34,583 nucleotides of DNA from a virus (taxonomy: Duplodnaviria > Caudoviricetes): positions 1-34,583 of the IMG/VR virus record IMGVR_UViG_3300048998_000035; one strand, 5' to 3'. Shown here one piece after another: positions 1 to 7,484 of this stretch (the stretch's first letter is position 1; the number at the start of each line of letters is the position of its first letter). The translations under genes and the position numbers were made by a program. The notes beneath the pieces were generated by a model. That model was given only the letters and a program-made list of their open reading frames with translations. It was not told the origin of the DNA and did no database searches.

Positions 1-288
1 CGCTGCGAGCGCTAGTCGTTTACATATCAGCAAATCTTCTCTTGCGCCTACATAGGCATCTTTCATATCAGCAGGCACAGCACTAGCGGCACTCTCTTTC
101 GGGGCGTAGTCCTCAGCGATGCTCTTCTGTAACACGATTGTGTAAGGGTTCTTCGCCCATTTATCGAAGCTCTCAGCCTCTTGCGATAGCAGGGAGCGGC
201 TTGCTTGCCACGCTCTCCAAGCAGTTTCATTACAACCACTGCCGTTTCCTTGACCAATCCACCTCTCAAACCGTTCGCGCTCACTCAC
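1..288 (-). CDS. Phage hypothetical protein, 3' end outside window (MSERERFERWIG...ETAWRAWQASR...)
   Basis: Own translation from GTG at 288, open to base 1; ERFExW...AWxAWQA pattern typical of small early phage proteins; overlaps the upstream stop. Replaces track ORF 63..284. Confidence 0.7.
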   Translation of the reverse strand, partial: MSERERFERWIGQGNGSGCNETAWRAWQASRSLLSQEAESFDKWAKNPYTIVLQKSIAEDYAPKESAASAVPADMKDAYVGAREDLLICKRLALAA

Positions 289-610
289 CTTTTCCACTGT
301 CGGCTCCTTCTTTCAACCCAAGCAATGTCCACGGTGATATCCCAAGTTTTTTTACCAAATCTCGAATGTTCCGCAGACTTAAATTTCTTTTCCCGCTCAG
401 CACTTCAGAAACCCGACTAATCGAGCCAAAGCAATCCACTAAATGTTTTTGCTTCAAGCTCATTTGATCCATTCGAAATTTGATCGCTTCAATTGGATCA
501 ACGTGTATTCCCGGTATTCTTTTTTCGTACTCCGATATCCTCTCAATCAAACCATTCAATTCTTCCAGTGCGGCTTCGTATTTTTTCCTGGTCTTAATTT
601 TCTCCATCAC
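281..610 (-). CDS. higA: HigA-like antitoxin / XRE-HTH protein (orphan; start may be ATG 607)
   Basis: IKTRKKYEAALEE...DPIEAIKFRMDQMSLKQKHL...GSISRVSEVLSGKRNLSLRNIRDLVKKLGIS matches the HigA (YgjM-type) pattern. Confidence 0.8.
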   Translation of the reverse strand: MMEKIKTRKKYEAALEELNGLIERISEYEKRIPGIHVDPIEAIKFRMDQMSLKQKHLVDCFGSISRVSEVLSGKRNLSLRNIRDLVKKLGISPWTLLGLKEGADSGKGE

Positions 611-1145
611 CTTCCCCTCCTATTATTTTGTTGGCGTAGGCTTTGGCTGCTTCTCTTACCGCCGGCCAATCGTATAAATATCCACTGCCTTTTAGATATG
701 CCTCCTCCAACATCCCTTGCAACTTCTCTTTGTTCGTCTCCACCAGAGCGCCGATGATGGCTAGTAATGCGTTTTCGTCAGCTTGGGAGCGCGAATAATC
801 ACCAAATTGCGCTCCATAAATTGCGCTCTGAAAATATCTATTAATCGCTTTCTCCACATCCCCTGGCACGGCCTTCCGCAAGCGCTCAAGCTCTCTGTCT
901 TTTGCGCAAATTTGCGCATTAAGCTCGTTAACGTTTAGAGTAAAAAGCTCGTGCGCTTCTGCCAGCTTTGCCGCGAGGTTCTTAATCTCCACCCTCAGCC
1001 CTTCGCTCATTGCTCGCTCGGCGGTGAGCTTGGTTTCGAGGTCATCCCGCTCGTCAGCTAGGATAATTAACTCCATTAACTCTTTTTTAAAGATAATGCC
1101 TGTCTTTCTGTAAGCATCCCTTTGATCCTTATCTCTCATGCTCAT
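594..1145 (-). CDS. Coiled-coil phage hypothetical protein
   Basis: 183 aa ORF with heptad-rich helix, overlapping both neighbours. Confidence 0.75.
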   Translation of the reverse strand: MSMRDKDQRDAYRKTGIIFKKELMELIILADERDDLETKLTAERAMSEGLRVEIKNLAAKLAEAHELFTLNVNELNAQICAKDRELERLRKAVPGDVEKAINRYFQSAIYGAQFGDYSRSQADENALLAIIGALVETNKEKLQGMLEEAYLKGSGYLYDWPAVREAAKAYANKIIGGEGDGEN

Positions 1146-1348
1146 TGCTGCTCTCCATTGATCCCGAGCTCAGAACACAAAACAGGCTTTCCGGTTTCTT
1201 TTAAGAGTGGCGCAATGCTCCGGTCATAACGAATATAAACGACGTTTCCAACGCACAATTTACTCAGGTTATTTTCTTGATATTTAACTGTTGTCGGCTC
1301 GCAACCAATCAACAATGAAAATATTGCGACCAGTAATAAAGTTTTCAC
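1142..1348 (-). CDS. Small phage lipoprotein
   Basis: Signal peptide with lipobox LIG-C; two further Cys (CVGNVVY...GKPVLC). Confidence 0.75.
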   Translation of the reverse strand: MKTLLLVAIFSLLIGCEPTTVKYQENNLSKLCVGNVVYIRYDRSIAPLLKETGKPVLCSELGINGEQQ

Positions 1349-1641
1349 GTCTGCTCTCCCTCTGCTTGCAGGGCCTTGGAAATTCTGGCATCAAGAGTTT
1401 GATCGAGTCGCACAACTGCGTTTTGCGTACAGTCGCCTTGTAAATACCAAATCAATCTATCTGAATAGCCGTGAGCATCCTTCTTTAATTGCCGATACCT
1501 CATCGCATCCCTCTCGAACTCCTGAAGGCGTCTAATCTCATCCAGGCATCCGGTGAGCGCTTTAACTGAGTTTGTCATGCCAGCACTCTCAATTCTTTTT
1601 ATGTGCATCTCTATCTCTGCAATCCGTTCTTCTGTCATCAT
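1345..1641 (-). CDS. Phage hypothetical protein (Ead/Ea22-region type)
   Basis: LDEIRRLQEFERDAMRYRQL resembles the common phage DAERYRWL motif; GAGGAG RBS upstream. Confidence 0.7.
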   Translation of the reverse strand: MMTEERIAEIEMHIKRIESAGMTNSVKALTGCLDEIRRLQEFERDAMRYRQLKKDAHGYSDRLIWYLQGDCTQNAVVRLDQTLDARISKALQAEGEQT

Positions 1642-1644
1642 GGC

Positions 1645-1815
1645 TTAGGACTCCTCTAAACTATTCAAGCGCTCACCGAGTTTTATTAACGTCTTTACCT
1701 GCTCGCTATTTATTTGCAGTTGCTCGGCGATTGCTTTATGCGTCAATCCTTGCAGGGAAAGCCGATGCGCTGTTTTTGCTTTTGCTTGCTGCTTTAATTT
1801 AGTACCGCTACCCAT
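1645..1815 (-). CDS. Small HTH-like protein, 56 aa (MGSGTKLKQQ...QGLTHKAIAEQLQINSEQVKTLIK)
   Basis: Own translation, below the ORF-track cutoff; TGATG overlap with the upstream gene; GLTxxxIAxxL HTH pattern. Confidence 0.6.
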   Translation of the reverse strand: MGSGTKLKQQAKAKTAHRLSLQGLTHKAIAEQLQINSEQVKTLIKLGERLNSLEES

Positions 1816-2660
1816 CACCAATCCTTTCGAATCGCCGCAACAACACTATGCTCAACCTCTATCCTCTGCCTCTCCATCCCGTTTAGCGCTCGGCCTGCTA
1901 TGCGCATCATTTCGTTTTGTGAGAGGGGTTTGTAAAACTCTTTCCGGGTGATATTCCTTACCGTCACATTACCGTTTTCATCGACGCTTACTTTTTGCGC
2001 CACAACCTCTTCCCCATGTTCACTTTTCTCGTTTTCCTGTACACGTTCTGCGGACGCGTCTACTTTTTGCGGTTTTGTAGACAGGTCGATTCGGCGGATG
2101 GCGACGATATGGTTATATCCATTGACGATAAACATTCCTTCGTGGGCATAATCGTCTGTGCTGCCGGTAGCGATGCGTTTTATTCCGTCATTGCTAACCG
2201 TTTTATATTCCCACTCATTCGTGCCCGCTGAGAATGCGGGTTTGCCGCCTATAACAGGTATCCATCCATCCGTTAGCCTGTAACGCTTTATATTCTCCCA
2301 AAAATGAATAGTAGGGATGTCACCTAAAGTTCTCGTCAATCCATTTCCGGCATTAAACTCTTGCTCCCATTCCTCTGCTTTAGCCCAAGGAATCGGACAA
2401 ATACGACTACCATCATGCTTTATCCATCCGCCATCTTTGGCGGGGCGCATACGCCATTCGTGCTGATATTTTCTGGCAGTCTCAAATGACATGGCATGAT
2501 CCTTCCATTTACCACCACAAAGATATTTTTCGTTGTATGCGTTCTCCGAATGGTCAACGATCTTAAAAAATACCCCACTTACAGACATTGCCATTTCACC
2601 AGCCTTGAACCGCTCGACACAAAACTTTTCCGTAAACTCTGCCGTGTTGAGTTCTTCCAT
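1815..2660 (-). CDS. Phage hypothetical protein with two tandem Trp-rich repeats
   Basis: Start moved to MEELNT (AGGAG RBS); repeats DGGWIKHDG...WE...IKRYRL and DGWIPVIGG...WE...IVAIRRI. Confidence 0.75.
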   Translation of the reverse strand: MEELNTAEFTEKFCVERFKAGEMAMSVSGVFFKIVDHSENAYNEKYLCGGKWKDHAMSFETARKYQHEWRMRPAKDGGWIKHDGSRICPIPWAKAEEWEQEFNAGNGLTRTLGDIPTIHFWENIKRYRLTDGWIPVIGGKPAFSAGTNEWEYKTVSNDGIKRIATGSTDDYAHEGMFIVNGYNHIVAIRRIDLSTKPQKVDASAERVQENEKSEHGEEVVAQKVSVDENGNVTVRNITRKEFYKPLSQNEMMRIAGRALNGMERQRIEVEHSVVAAIRKDW

Positions 2661-2668
2661 GATGACTC

Positions 2669-2893
2669 CTAACGAAGTGTTGCCCAAACAAGTAAAGCGC
2701 AGATAACAAATGCGACCGCCAAAACCCATCCAACAGCCACGTTTTGTTCATGCCGCATTTCATACGCAGTTTTGCAGTAATTCGTTTCTTGCAAAGTCAT
2801 TGACTGTCCACTGCGCTCTGATATCCGGCACTGAGCGGTAATGCTGTCGAGTGTTGATTCGCGTGAATCAATTGGGACAATAATTGTTGGCAT
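2669..2893 (-). CDS. Small protein with C-terminal transmembrane helix
   Basis: Hydrophobic VAVGWVLAVAFVICALLVW; probable start MPTIIVP. Confidence 0.6.
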   Translation of the reverse strand: MPTIIVPIDSRESTLDSITAQCRISERSGQSMTLQETNYCKTAYEMRHEQNVAVGWVLAVAFVICALLVWATLR

Positions 2894-2911
2894 CTCTATC
2901 CTAATAAGGGT

Positions 2912-2973
2912 GGCCAGCCTACACACGCTTGGGCAAAGGGAGGAAAACCAAGCGGGGAGAGCATAGGCTGGCC
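2912..2973 (-). other. Long bipartite stem-loop downstream of the SPFH gene
   Basis: GGCCAGCCTA (2912-2921)/TAGGCTGGCC (2964-2973) plus inner CGCTTGG (2926-2932)/CCAAGCG (2948-2954); no U-tract. Confidence 0.7.
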
Positions 2974-2980
2974 GTAGGGG

Positions 2981-3892
2981 TTACTTCACATTAAGAAACG
3001 GAATCGGGGCGCCTGCATAAATCGCAGTTGGCAGAGCGCCATCCCATTTGCTGGCCTTGATGTTTTCGACCTCAATTCTGCGAAGCTCTAAAACATCTTT
3101 GTTTTGCGCTAATGCGGCATTCTGAATTTTTAACGATTCAGCTTGTGCGGTAGCTATCTTAAGGTTGGCATAGGCTTCACCATCGGCCTTTGCTCGCGTT
3201 GCAGAAGCTTCAGCCTCAGCTATAGCCACCTTTTGCTTTTGCTGCGCTTCTACGGTCTTTAATTGGTTCTCAGCAACGAGCCTTAATTGATCTTGCGTGA
3301 CCTTCTGGTTGATCGCTGACATGTAGGTATCAGAAAAAGAAAAATTCCGCATATCGATGTTTATTACTTGCGCGCCGTATAGACTCAACTTGGTCTTTAA
3401 TGATTGGCTGATATCGTTAGAAACCTTCGCTCTCTGGCTGATTAATTCCGGCGCGGTATAGCGAGAGGTAACCGCTTTAAATACTTCTTGCGTGGCAGTT
3501 TGAACATAGCTTGATAGATTCCCGTCATGGCTGTATTTCTCGTACACCTCAGCAACCTTTTCCGGGAATATCGAGTATCTAACCGTCATGCTCACTTTTA
3601 CCGGTTGAGTGTCGCTAGTGCTTCCGTCAGCATTTTCAATGCTTGATTCTTCGGCGCGGATATTGAATATAGTGATTGCTTGCCAAGGGGGAAGAATAAC
3701 CAGGCCTTCATTCTCAATTCCTTTAATTGCACCAAATTGCGTAATCACTCCACGCGTTCCTGTTGGTACGCTTTTGAATGGTTGAAACGAAAAAAACATG
3801 ATTAGCCCTACTACCAATAAAAGCACGTCGCGAACAATTGCAAATGTGTTCGCATTACCGCGCTCATCTTGATACCGTTTCTGAAATGACAT
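2981..3892 (-). CDS. SPFH/Band 7/prohibitin-family membrane protein
   Basis: N-terminal TM helix, VPTGTRGVITQFG, GSTSDTQPV, INIDMRNFSFS, AEAEA coiled coil, KWDGALP. Confidence 0.92.
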   Translation of the reverse strand: MSFQKRYQDERGNANTFAIVRDVLLLVVGLIMFFSFQPFKSVPTGTRGVITQFGAIKGIENEGLVILPPWQAITIFNIRAEESSIENADGSTSDTQPVKVSMTVRYSIFPEKVAEVYEKYSHDGNLSSYVQTATQEVFKAVTSRYTAPELISQRAKVSNDISQSLKTKLSLYGAQVINIDMRNFSFSDTYMSAINQKVTQDQLRLVAENQLKTVEAQQKQKVAIAEAEASATRAKADGEAYANLKIATAQAESLKIQNAALAQNKDVLELRRIEVENIKASKWDGALPTAIYAGAPIPFLNVK

Positions 3893-3936
3893 GTTGTTTT
3901 CCTTGTTTAGTTAAATGGTGGCCCGCGCCGTTACTA

Positions 3937-4185
3937 TCAAAAAGGTATTGACTCGTCGTAATCGTCGTTACTCTTAGGTGTTTTTAGAGCCTTCGTTTTC
4001 TCGCCGTCTTTAATGCTGAATGACAAACTTAGAAGCGGCCCCTTTTTACCTTCTTTCTTCCACCCACTTATCCAGTATTGAACGCCATCAATGAGTGCAT
4101 CGCCCTTATAGTCAGGATGCGTATCCTTTTCCTTCTTCTCGTTGCGGAAAAGTACGCCTGATAGGTCTTTCTTTTCGAATGCCAT
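3937..4185 (-). CDS. Phage single-stranded DNA-binding protein (HPDYxG / DUF736-like)
   Basis: GVLFRN..K....HPDYKG...YWISGW, acidic tail DDYDESIPF, directly downstream of ERF. Confidence 0.8.
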   Translation of the reverse strand: MAFEKKDLSGVLFRNEKKEKDTHPDYKGDALIDGVQYWISGWKKEGKKGPLLSLSFSIKDGEKTKALKTPKSNDDYDESIPF

Positions 4186-4877
4186 TACGCTGCTACCTTT
4201 CTTTCCTCTGCGACCTTCTTAAGTGCTGACCTAATCCGGCTATCAAGCAGTGACCATACCGCTATCTTTTCGTCGCCATCCTTAATCGACTCCATGATGT
4301 CGGCGGCACCGTGCATGTCACCCTTTGCTGAATTCGCAATGATCTCTATGGCTAGCCCTTTAGCGTGGTCCTGTCGTTCAGGGCTTAATGATTCCATTGC
4401 GCCGTCTACTGGCTTGTGCGCCTTCTCTAGCGGCCTTTGTTTCGCTTGAATTTCATGCGTAGCGCTATCTGCATCGTTATCGCCCTCAGTTGGAATGGCG
4501 AAGGCTTGGAAGGCGGCATACTTGTAAGCGGCAGACATTGCTTTGTTCGTTGCTTTGTCGCCAGAATCCATCGCCTCGCCGAATGTTTTAACGGTGTGCT
4601 TACTGCCATCCTGGGCGCTTACAAAGTCGAATTCGGCTTCTACGGTTACATAGAACAGAGCGCCGCCGGATTTGCTTAGTCTCTCGTCACACTGCCTGGA
4701 AATCATCCTCGGCAGAATGCAAAGGCCGTTCGTCGCCAGAAGAGGAGATACCGCGTTGTAAACGTCGTCGATCCCGCGAAATTTGTAGCCCGCGCCCTGG
4801 CTGTTCGTGCGGTCTTTGCTGATCCCGACTTTTGACAACTCCATCTGCACTCGATTTATTGCTTTGTAGACTTCCAT
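4185..4877 (-). CDS. erf: ERF-family single-strand annealing protein
   Basis: YKFRGIDDVYNAVSP and GEAMDSGDKATNKAMSAAYKYA ERF motifs. Confidence 0.92.
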   Translation of the reverse strand: MEVYKAINRVQMELSKVGISKDRTNSQGAGYKFRGIDDVYNAVSPLLATNGLCILPRMISRQCDERLSKSGGALFYVTVEAEFDFVSAQDGSKHTVKTFGEAMDSGDKATNKAMSAAYKYAAFQAFAIPTEGDNDADSATHEIQAKQRPLEKAHKPVDGAMESLSPERQDHAKGLAIEIIANSAKGDMHGAADIMESIKDGDEKIAVWSLLDSRIRSALKKVAEERKVAA

Positions 4878-4892
4878 TGAAATACTCCTCTT

Positions 4893-5069
4893 CTAATCCC
4901 TTGGTTTGCAGGTATTGCATTTCATTCTCCAAACAACCGAATGCTTTGCTCTCTCTAAAATGCTCTGCAAAATAATCGACGGCGGTGTTTTACGTTGTAC
5001 CGTCCTTTCGATGCAGAATGGTTTGCCGTGCTTCTTGCGCGCTGCTTCAAGCTTTTCTTCGTGAGTCAT
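4893..5069 (-). CDS. Small hypothetical protein
   Basis: ATG 5069 with GGAGG RBS, TAATG overlap. Confidence 0.55.
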   Translation of the reverse strand: MTHEEKLEAARKKHGKPFCIERTVQRKTPPSIILQSILERAKHSVVWRMKCNTCKPRD

Positions 5070-5215
5070 TAAATCCTCCCGGTAACTAAACAAAGAGCTA
5101 CATAAGCCGCCGTAACCACAATCACGACTATTGAATCTCTGTTGTGATGAATGCGCATTGCAAGCTTCGTTAAAGACGGAATAGGGCGGTGATATTTAGT
5201 GGCGTAGTCGGTCAT
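5069..5215 (-). CDS. Small membrane protein (MTDYATKYHRP...)
   Basis: C-terminal hydrophobic helix; fits operon packing. Confidence 0.55.
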   Translation of the reverse strand: MTDYATKYHRPIPSLTKLAMRIHHNRDSIVVIVVTAAYVALCLVTGRI

Positions 5216-5217
5216 GA

Positions 5218-5523
5218 TTAGTCCTGGTTGATATTGCAGTCGCAGTCGTGCGACCATTCGCCGCAACTCAGGCACCAGCCGCGACTTATTAACGCAGCCC
5301 GCAATTCGTTACGGGCATCCAAGTAATTAGGGCTACTTGGAGCGCACTTTACGAACTTGTGCACGACTTTGAACAGCTCTTGTTCTAAATCGACACACCT
5401 AATATCTTGTTGCTCGCGGCTAGCGTTAATATTTGTGAGTACGTCGATAACGCCTTGCTGCTCACTGATTATTCTTACAAGGCACTTAAGATCATCCGGG
5501 ATAATTTCTTCGTTGTTGCTCAT
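5218..5523 (-). CDS. Hypothetical protein with C-terminal Cys cluster
   Basis: Coiled-coil N-terminus, CLSCGEWSHDCDC; GAGG RBS. Confidence 0.65.
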   Translation of the reverse strand: MSNNEEIIPDDLKCLVRIISEQQGVIDVLTNINASREQQDIRCVDLEQELFKVVHKFVKCAPSSPNYLDARNELRAALISRGWCLSCGEWSHDCDCNINQD

Positions 5524-5585
5524 TGTCTCGGCCTCTTAATAATGACGAGCTGAATAGGGGATCGCGTTGGGTCGGAGAGGGTCAT
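5520..5585 (-). CDS. Possible 21-aa coupling peptide MTLSDPTRSPIQLVIIKRPRQ
   Basis: ATGA overlaps at both ends exactly bridge the flanking genes. Confidence 0.35.
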   Translation of the reverse strand: MTLSDPTRSPIQLVIIKRPRQ

Positions 5586-5860
5586 GATTTCTGCTCCGAT
5601 TCGCTGGCGGGTAAAGATGTGACCATATTGGCGAATTGAAGAAGGGTGTTTTTTGATCTTTCGAACGATTTCATCGCCTCTTTCATGCTTTGGCATGTAG
5701 AGACAATATCGCTTCTGAAGTCATACCCAACACCCAAATCGATTGTTTCCTCGATATCGAGCCGCTTCAGATTTCCGTAATACTTCCCAACCACTTTTTC
5801 GACTTCTGTGTGGGAAATGATGCAGATGTAGTCGTTGTTGTTTTTGCCAATCACTTTCAT
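5582..5860 (-). CDS. Phage hypothetical protein
   Basis: 92 aa ORF with GGAGG RBS. Confidence 0.75.
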   Translation of the reverse strand: MKVIGKNNNDYICIISHTEVEKVVGKYYGNLKRLDIEETIDLGVGYDFRSDIVSTCQSMKEAMKSFERSKNTLLQFANMVTSLPASESEQKS

Positions 5861-5883
5861 ATATCTTCCCTCCCTAGTTATGT

Positions 5884-5971
5884 TGAAGAGTGGCGGTCAG
5901 ATTCAAACTGACGTAGCCGCGTTATCGTGCCGGCGACACTTTCTTGCGGTTCCCACCACGCCGCGCCACTC
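5884..5971 (-). ncRNA. tRNA-like element without a canonical anticodon arm
   Basis: 8-bp acceptor-like stem GAGTGGCG/CGCCACTC, T-arm GTCAG-TTTGAAT-CTGAC abutting it, D-like arm GCG-TGGTGGGAAC-CGC, 3' end TTCA. Confidence 0.6.
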
Positions 5972-6091
5972 ATGCGATGCTGACTAAATAATGGGATGTC
6001 CATCCCACAAAGGCGCTTGCTTACCCAATCAGCATCCATCAGTAGGCGGGCTCTGCACCCGCTTGCCGGCTTGCGTACCGGGGCTTGCCAA

Positions 6092-6292
6092 TCAACCCAG
6101 GTCTCTTACCTTCTTGGTCCAGTCCGCAAACAAATCACGGAACTTCGTTTCCGGCATAACTATCAGAACAACAAACAACACCAGCATGAGAGTTGACGCA
6201 TTGCCAAGATGTAAAACGATCTCAAGAATGAATCCAATAAATCCGATCCACGCCGTTAAACTTTCTGCACGACCAAGAAGGTAATTTTTCAT
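6092..6292 (-). CDS. Small two-TM membrane protein
   Basis: Two hydrophobic helices; starts 2 nt after the vWA stop. Confidence 0.75.
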   Translation of the reverse strand: MKNYLLGRAESLTAWIGFIGFILEIVLHLGNASTLMLVLFVVLIVMPETKFRDLFADWTKKVRDLG

Positions 6293-6294
6293 GG

Positions 6295-6915
6295 TTAGTC
6301 GTTCAGAGCGGCTAAGAGCGTTTCAACCAGTCCAAGCGTTTCCACTTCGTCGATAGTTTTCGTATCAACGATGTCGAATTTGGCGCTTGTTAAGTTGTCG
6401 TCGAGGTTTTTCAGGAACGCGGTAGCAGCTGGATCGCGGCCAATCTGGATCATTGCGATGCCAAACTCATCATCACCACTATCAAGCTTGTGTGTGAACT
6501 TGCTAATGACGTTGCCAACTTCTTTGTCATCGCTTGGTTGTCCGTCAGTGATAACAACAACCATTGCGCCTTTTGCTTTTGCCTTACCTGCTGATTTGTT
6601 AGCGAGGTAATCATCGAAGCAAGCAGTCAACGGAGGAGAAAGAACGGTTCCGCCGAATGGTTGGTTTTCTTTGAAGATGTCCGATACTTTTGATGCTGTG
6701 GTATTCGAATAAACCTTGAATCCACCAGCGAAGGGGATTACAGTAATTCCGTCCGGGTCGTATTGCTCAAGCACTTTTGCGATTGCAATCGTGGATTCCT
6801 CTGCATACTTGAAACGAGTTTGACCGGTTGGCGTATCGGTCTCACCCATCGACCCGGATTTATCTACTACGATGTAGTAGTCACGGTCTTTCAAAGCTTC
6901 TGAAGTTGCGTTCAT
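6295..6915 (-). CDS. Stand-alone von Willebrand factor A (vWA) domain protein
   Basis: MIDAS motif YIVVDKSGSM, GGTVL, VVVITDGQPSD; AAGGA RBS. Confidence 0.92.
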   Translation of the reverse strand: MNATSEALKDRDYYIVVDKSGSMGETDTPTGQTRFKYAEESTIAIAKVLEQYDPDGITVIPFAGGFKVYSNTTASKVSDIFKENQPFGGTVLSPPLTACFDDYLANKSAGKAKAKGAMVVVITDGQPSDDKEVGNVISKFTHKLDSGDDEFGIAMIQIGRDPAATAFLKNLDDNLTSAKFDIVDTKTIDEVETLGLVETLLAALND

Positions 6916-6988
6916 TTGTATTCCTTTAGTTGAAAAAAGTTACCGCTGATTTCCCGCGATGTTTTGCGAGTAATTTCTATTTGCGTTT

Positions 6989-7327
6989 TCAATCCACATT
7001 CCCGCCGACAGCGCGCCACTTGTTCACATCACGATTCCATGCTGCTTCCATCATTTGCGCTTGCTCTTCGTCGATTTGTTCAGTAGGCTGAATTAAGAAG
7101 TTCAAATGTTCGACACGGCAATCAAGCTTCTTGACGAGATCGTTAACGTTCAGCGAACTCTTCATGTAGCCCTCAAAGCGATCAATACCGAAGTGGCGAA
7201 TGGCTAAGAGCAGATTGGCGTGGTCGCTCAAATCTTCACGAATTCGATCAGCCCTCAGATCAGCAGTAGCACCAGCAACAGCTTGAATGCCGCGATCTAA
7301 CGATTTCACTTCGGATTGGTTGAACAT
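6989..7327 (-). CDS. First gene of the pL operon, hypothetical
   Basis: Start moved to MFNQSEV (GGGAG RBS), just downstream of the pL -10. Confidence 0.7.
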   Translation of the reverse strand: MFNQSEVKSLDRGIQAVAGATADLRADRIREDLSDHANLLLAIRHFGIDRFEGYMKSSLNVNDLVKKLDCRVEHLNFLIQPTEQIDEEQAQMMEAAWNRDVNKWRAVGGNVD

Positions 7328-7360
7328 TTGCGACTCCCGTTTGCTTGATGCGATGGAGTG

Positions 7361-7389
7361 AATGTACACAATATGTGTTTATGTGTCAA
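7361..7389 (-). promoter_or_regulatory. pL-like sigma70 promoter
   Basis: TTGACA (7384-7389), 17 nt spacer, TACATT (7361-7366) on the minus strand. Confidence 0.85.
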
Positions 7390-7402
7390 CACGAAATGTG
7401 TA
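7365..7402. promoter_or_regulatory. OL operators, two copies of WACAC-N5-GTGTW
   Basis: TACACaatatGTGTT 7365-7379 and AACACgaaatGTGTA 7388-7402 overlap pL; same motif occurs twice between cI and cro. Confidence 0.85.
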
Positions 7403-7419
7403 TATCGCGAAAAATAGTT

Positions 7420-7428
7420 TGCTACAAT
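7420..7428 (+). promoter_or_regulatory. Possible extended -10 promoter for ORF 7485
   Basis: TGcTACAAT upstream of a strong TAAGGAGG RBS. Confidence 0.45.
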
Positions 7429-7484
7429 TCGCCTACGGTCTGGATGTTTAGACGGGGCCGATAGTTGATCTAAGGAGGATTGAT

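Noticed and set aside
63-284. Track ORF of 73 aa on the minus strand
   Set aside because: Another frame (GTG 288 to the window edge) gives a typical phage protein and is preferred
4687-4932. 81-aa ORF overlapping erf
   Set aside because: Mostly out-of-frame overlap with the well-supported erf gene
6030-6060. Hammerhead ribozyme suggested by CTGATG among hairpins on the minus strand
   Set aside because: The core reads CTGATGG rather than CTGANGA and no correctly placed GAAA is present
7440-7455. Possible LexA box CTGG-ATGTTTAG-ACGG upstream of ORF 7485
   Set aside because: The right half-site breaks the invariant CAG; too weak without a host-specific matrix
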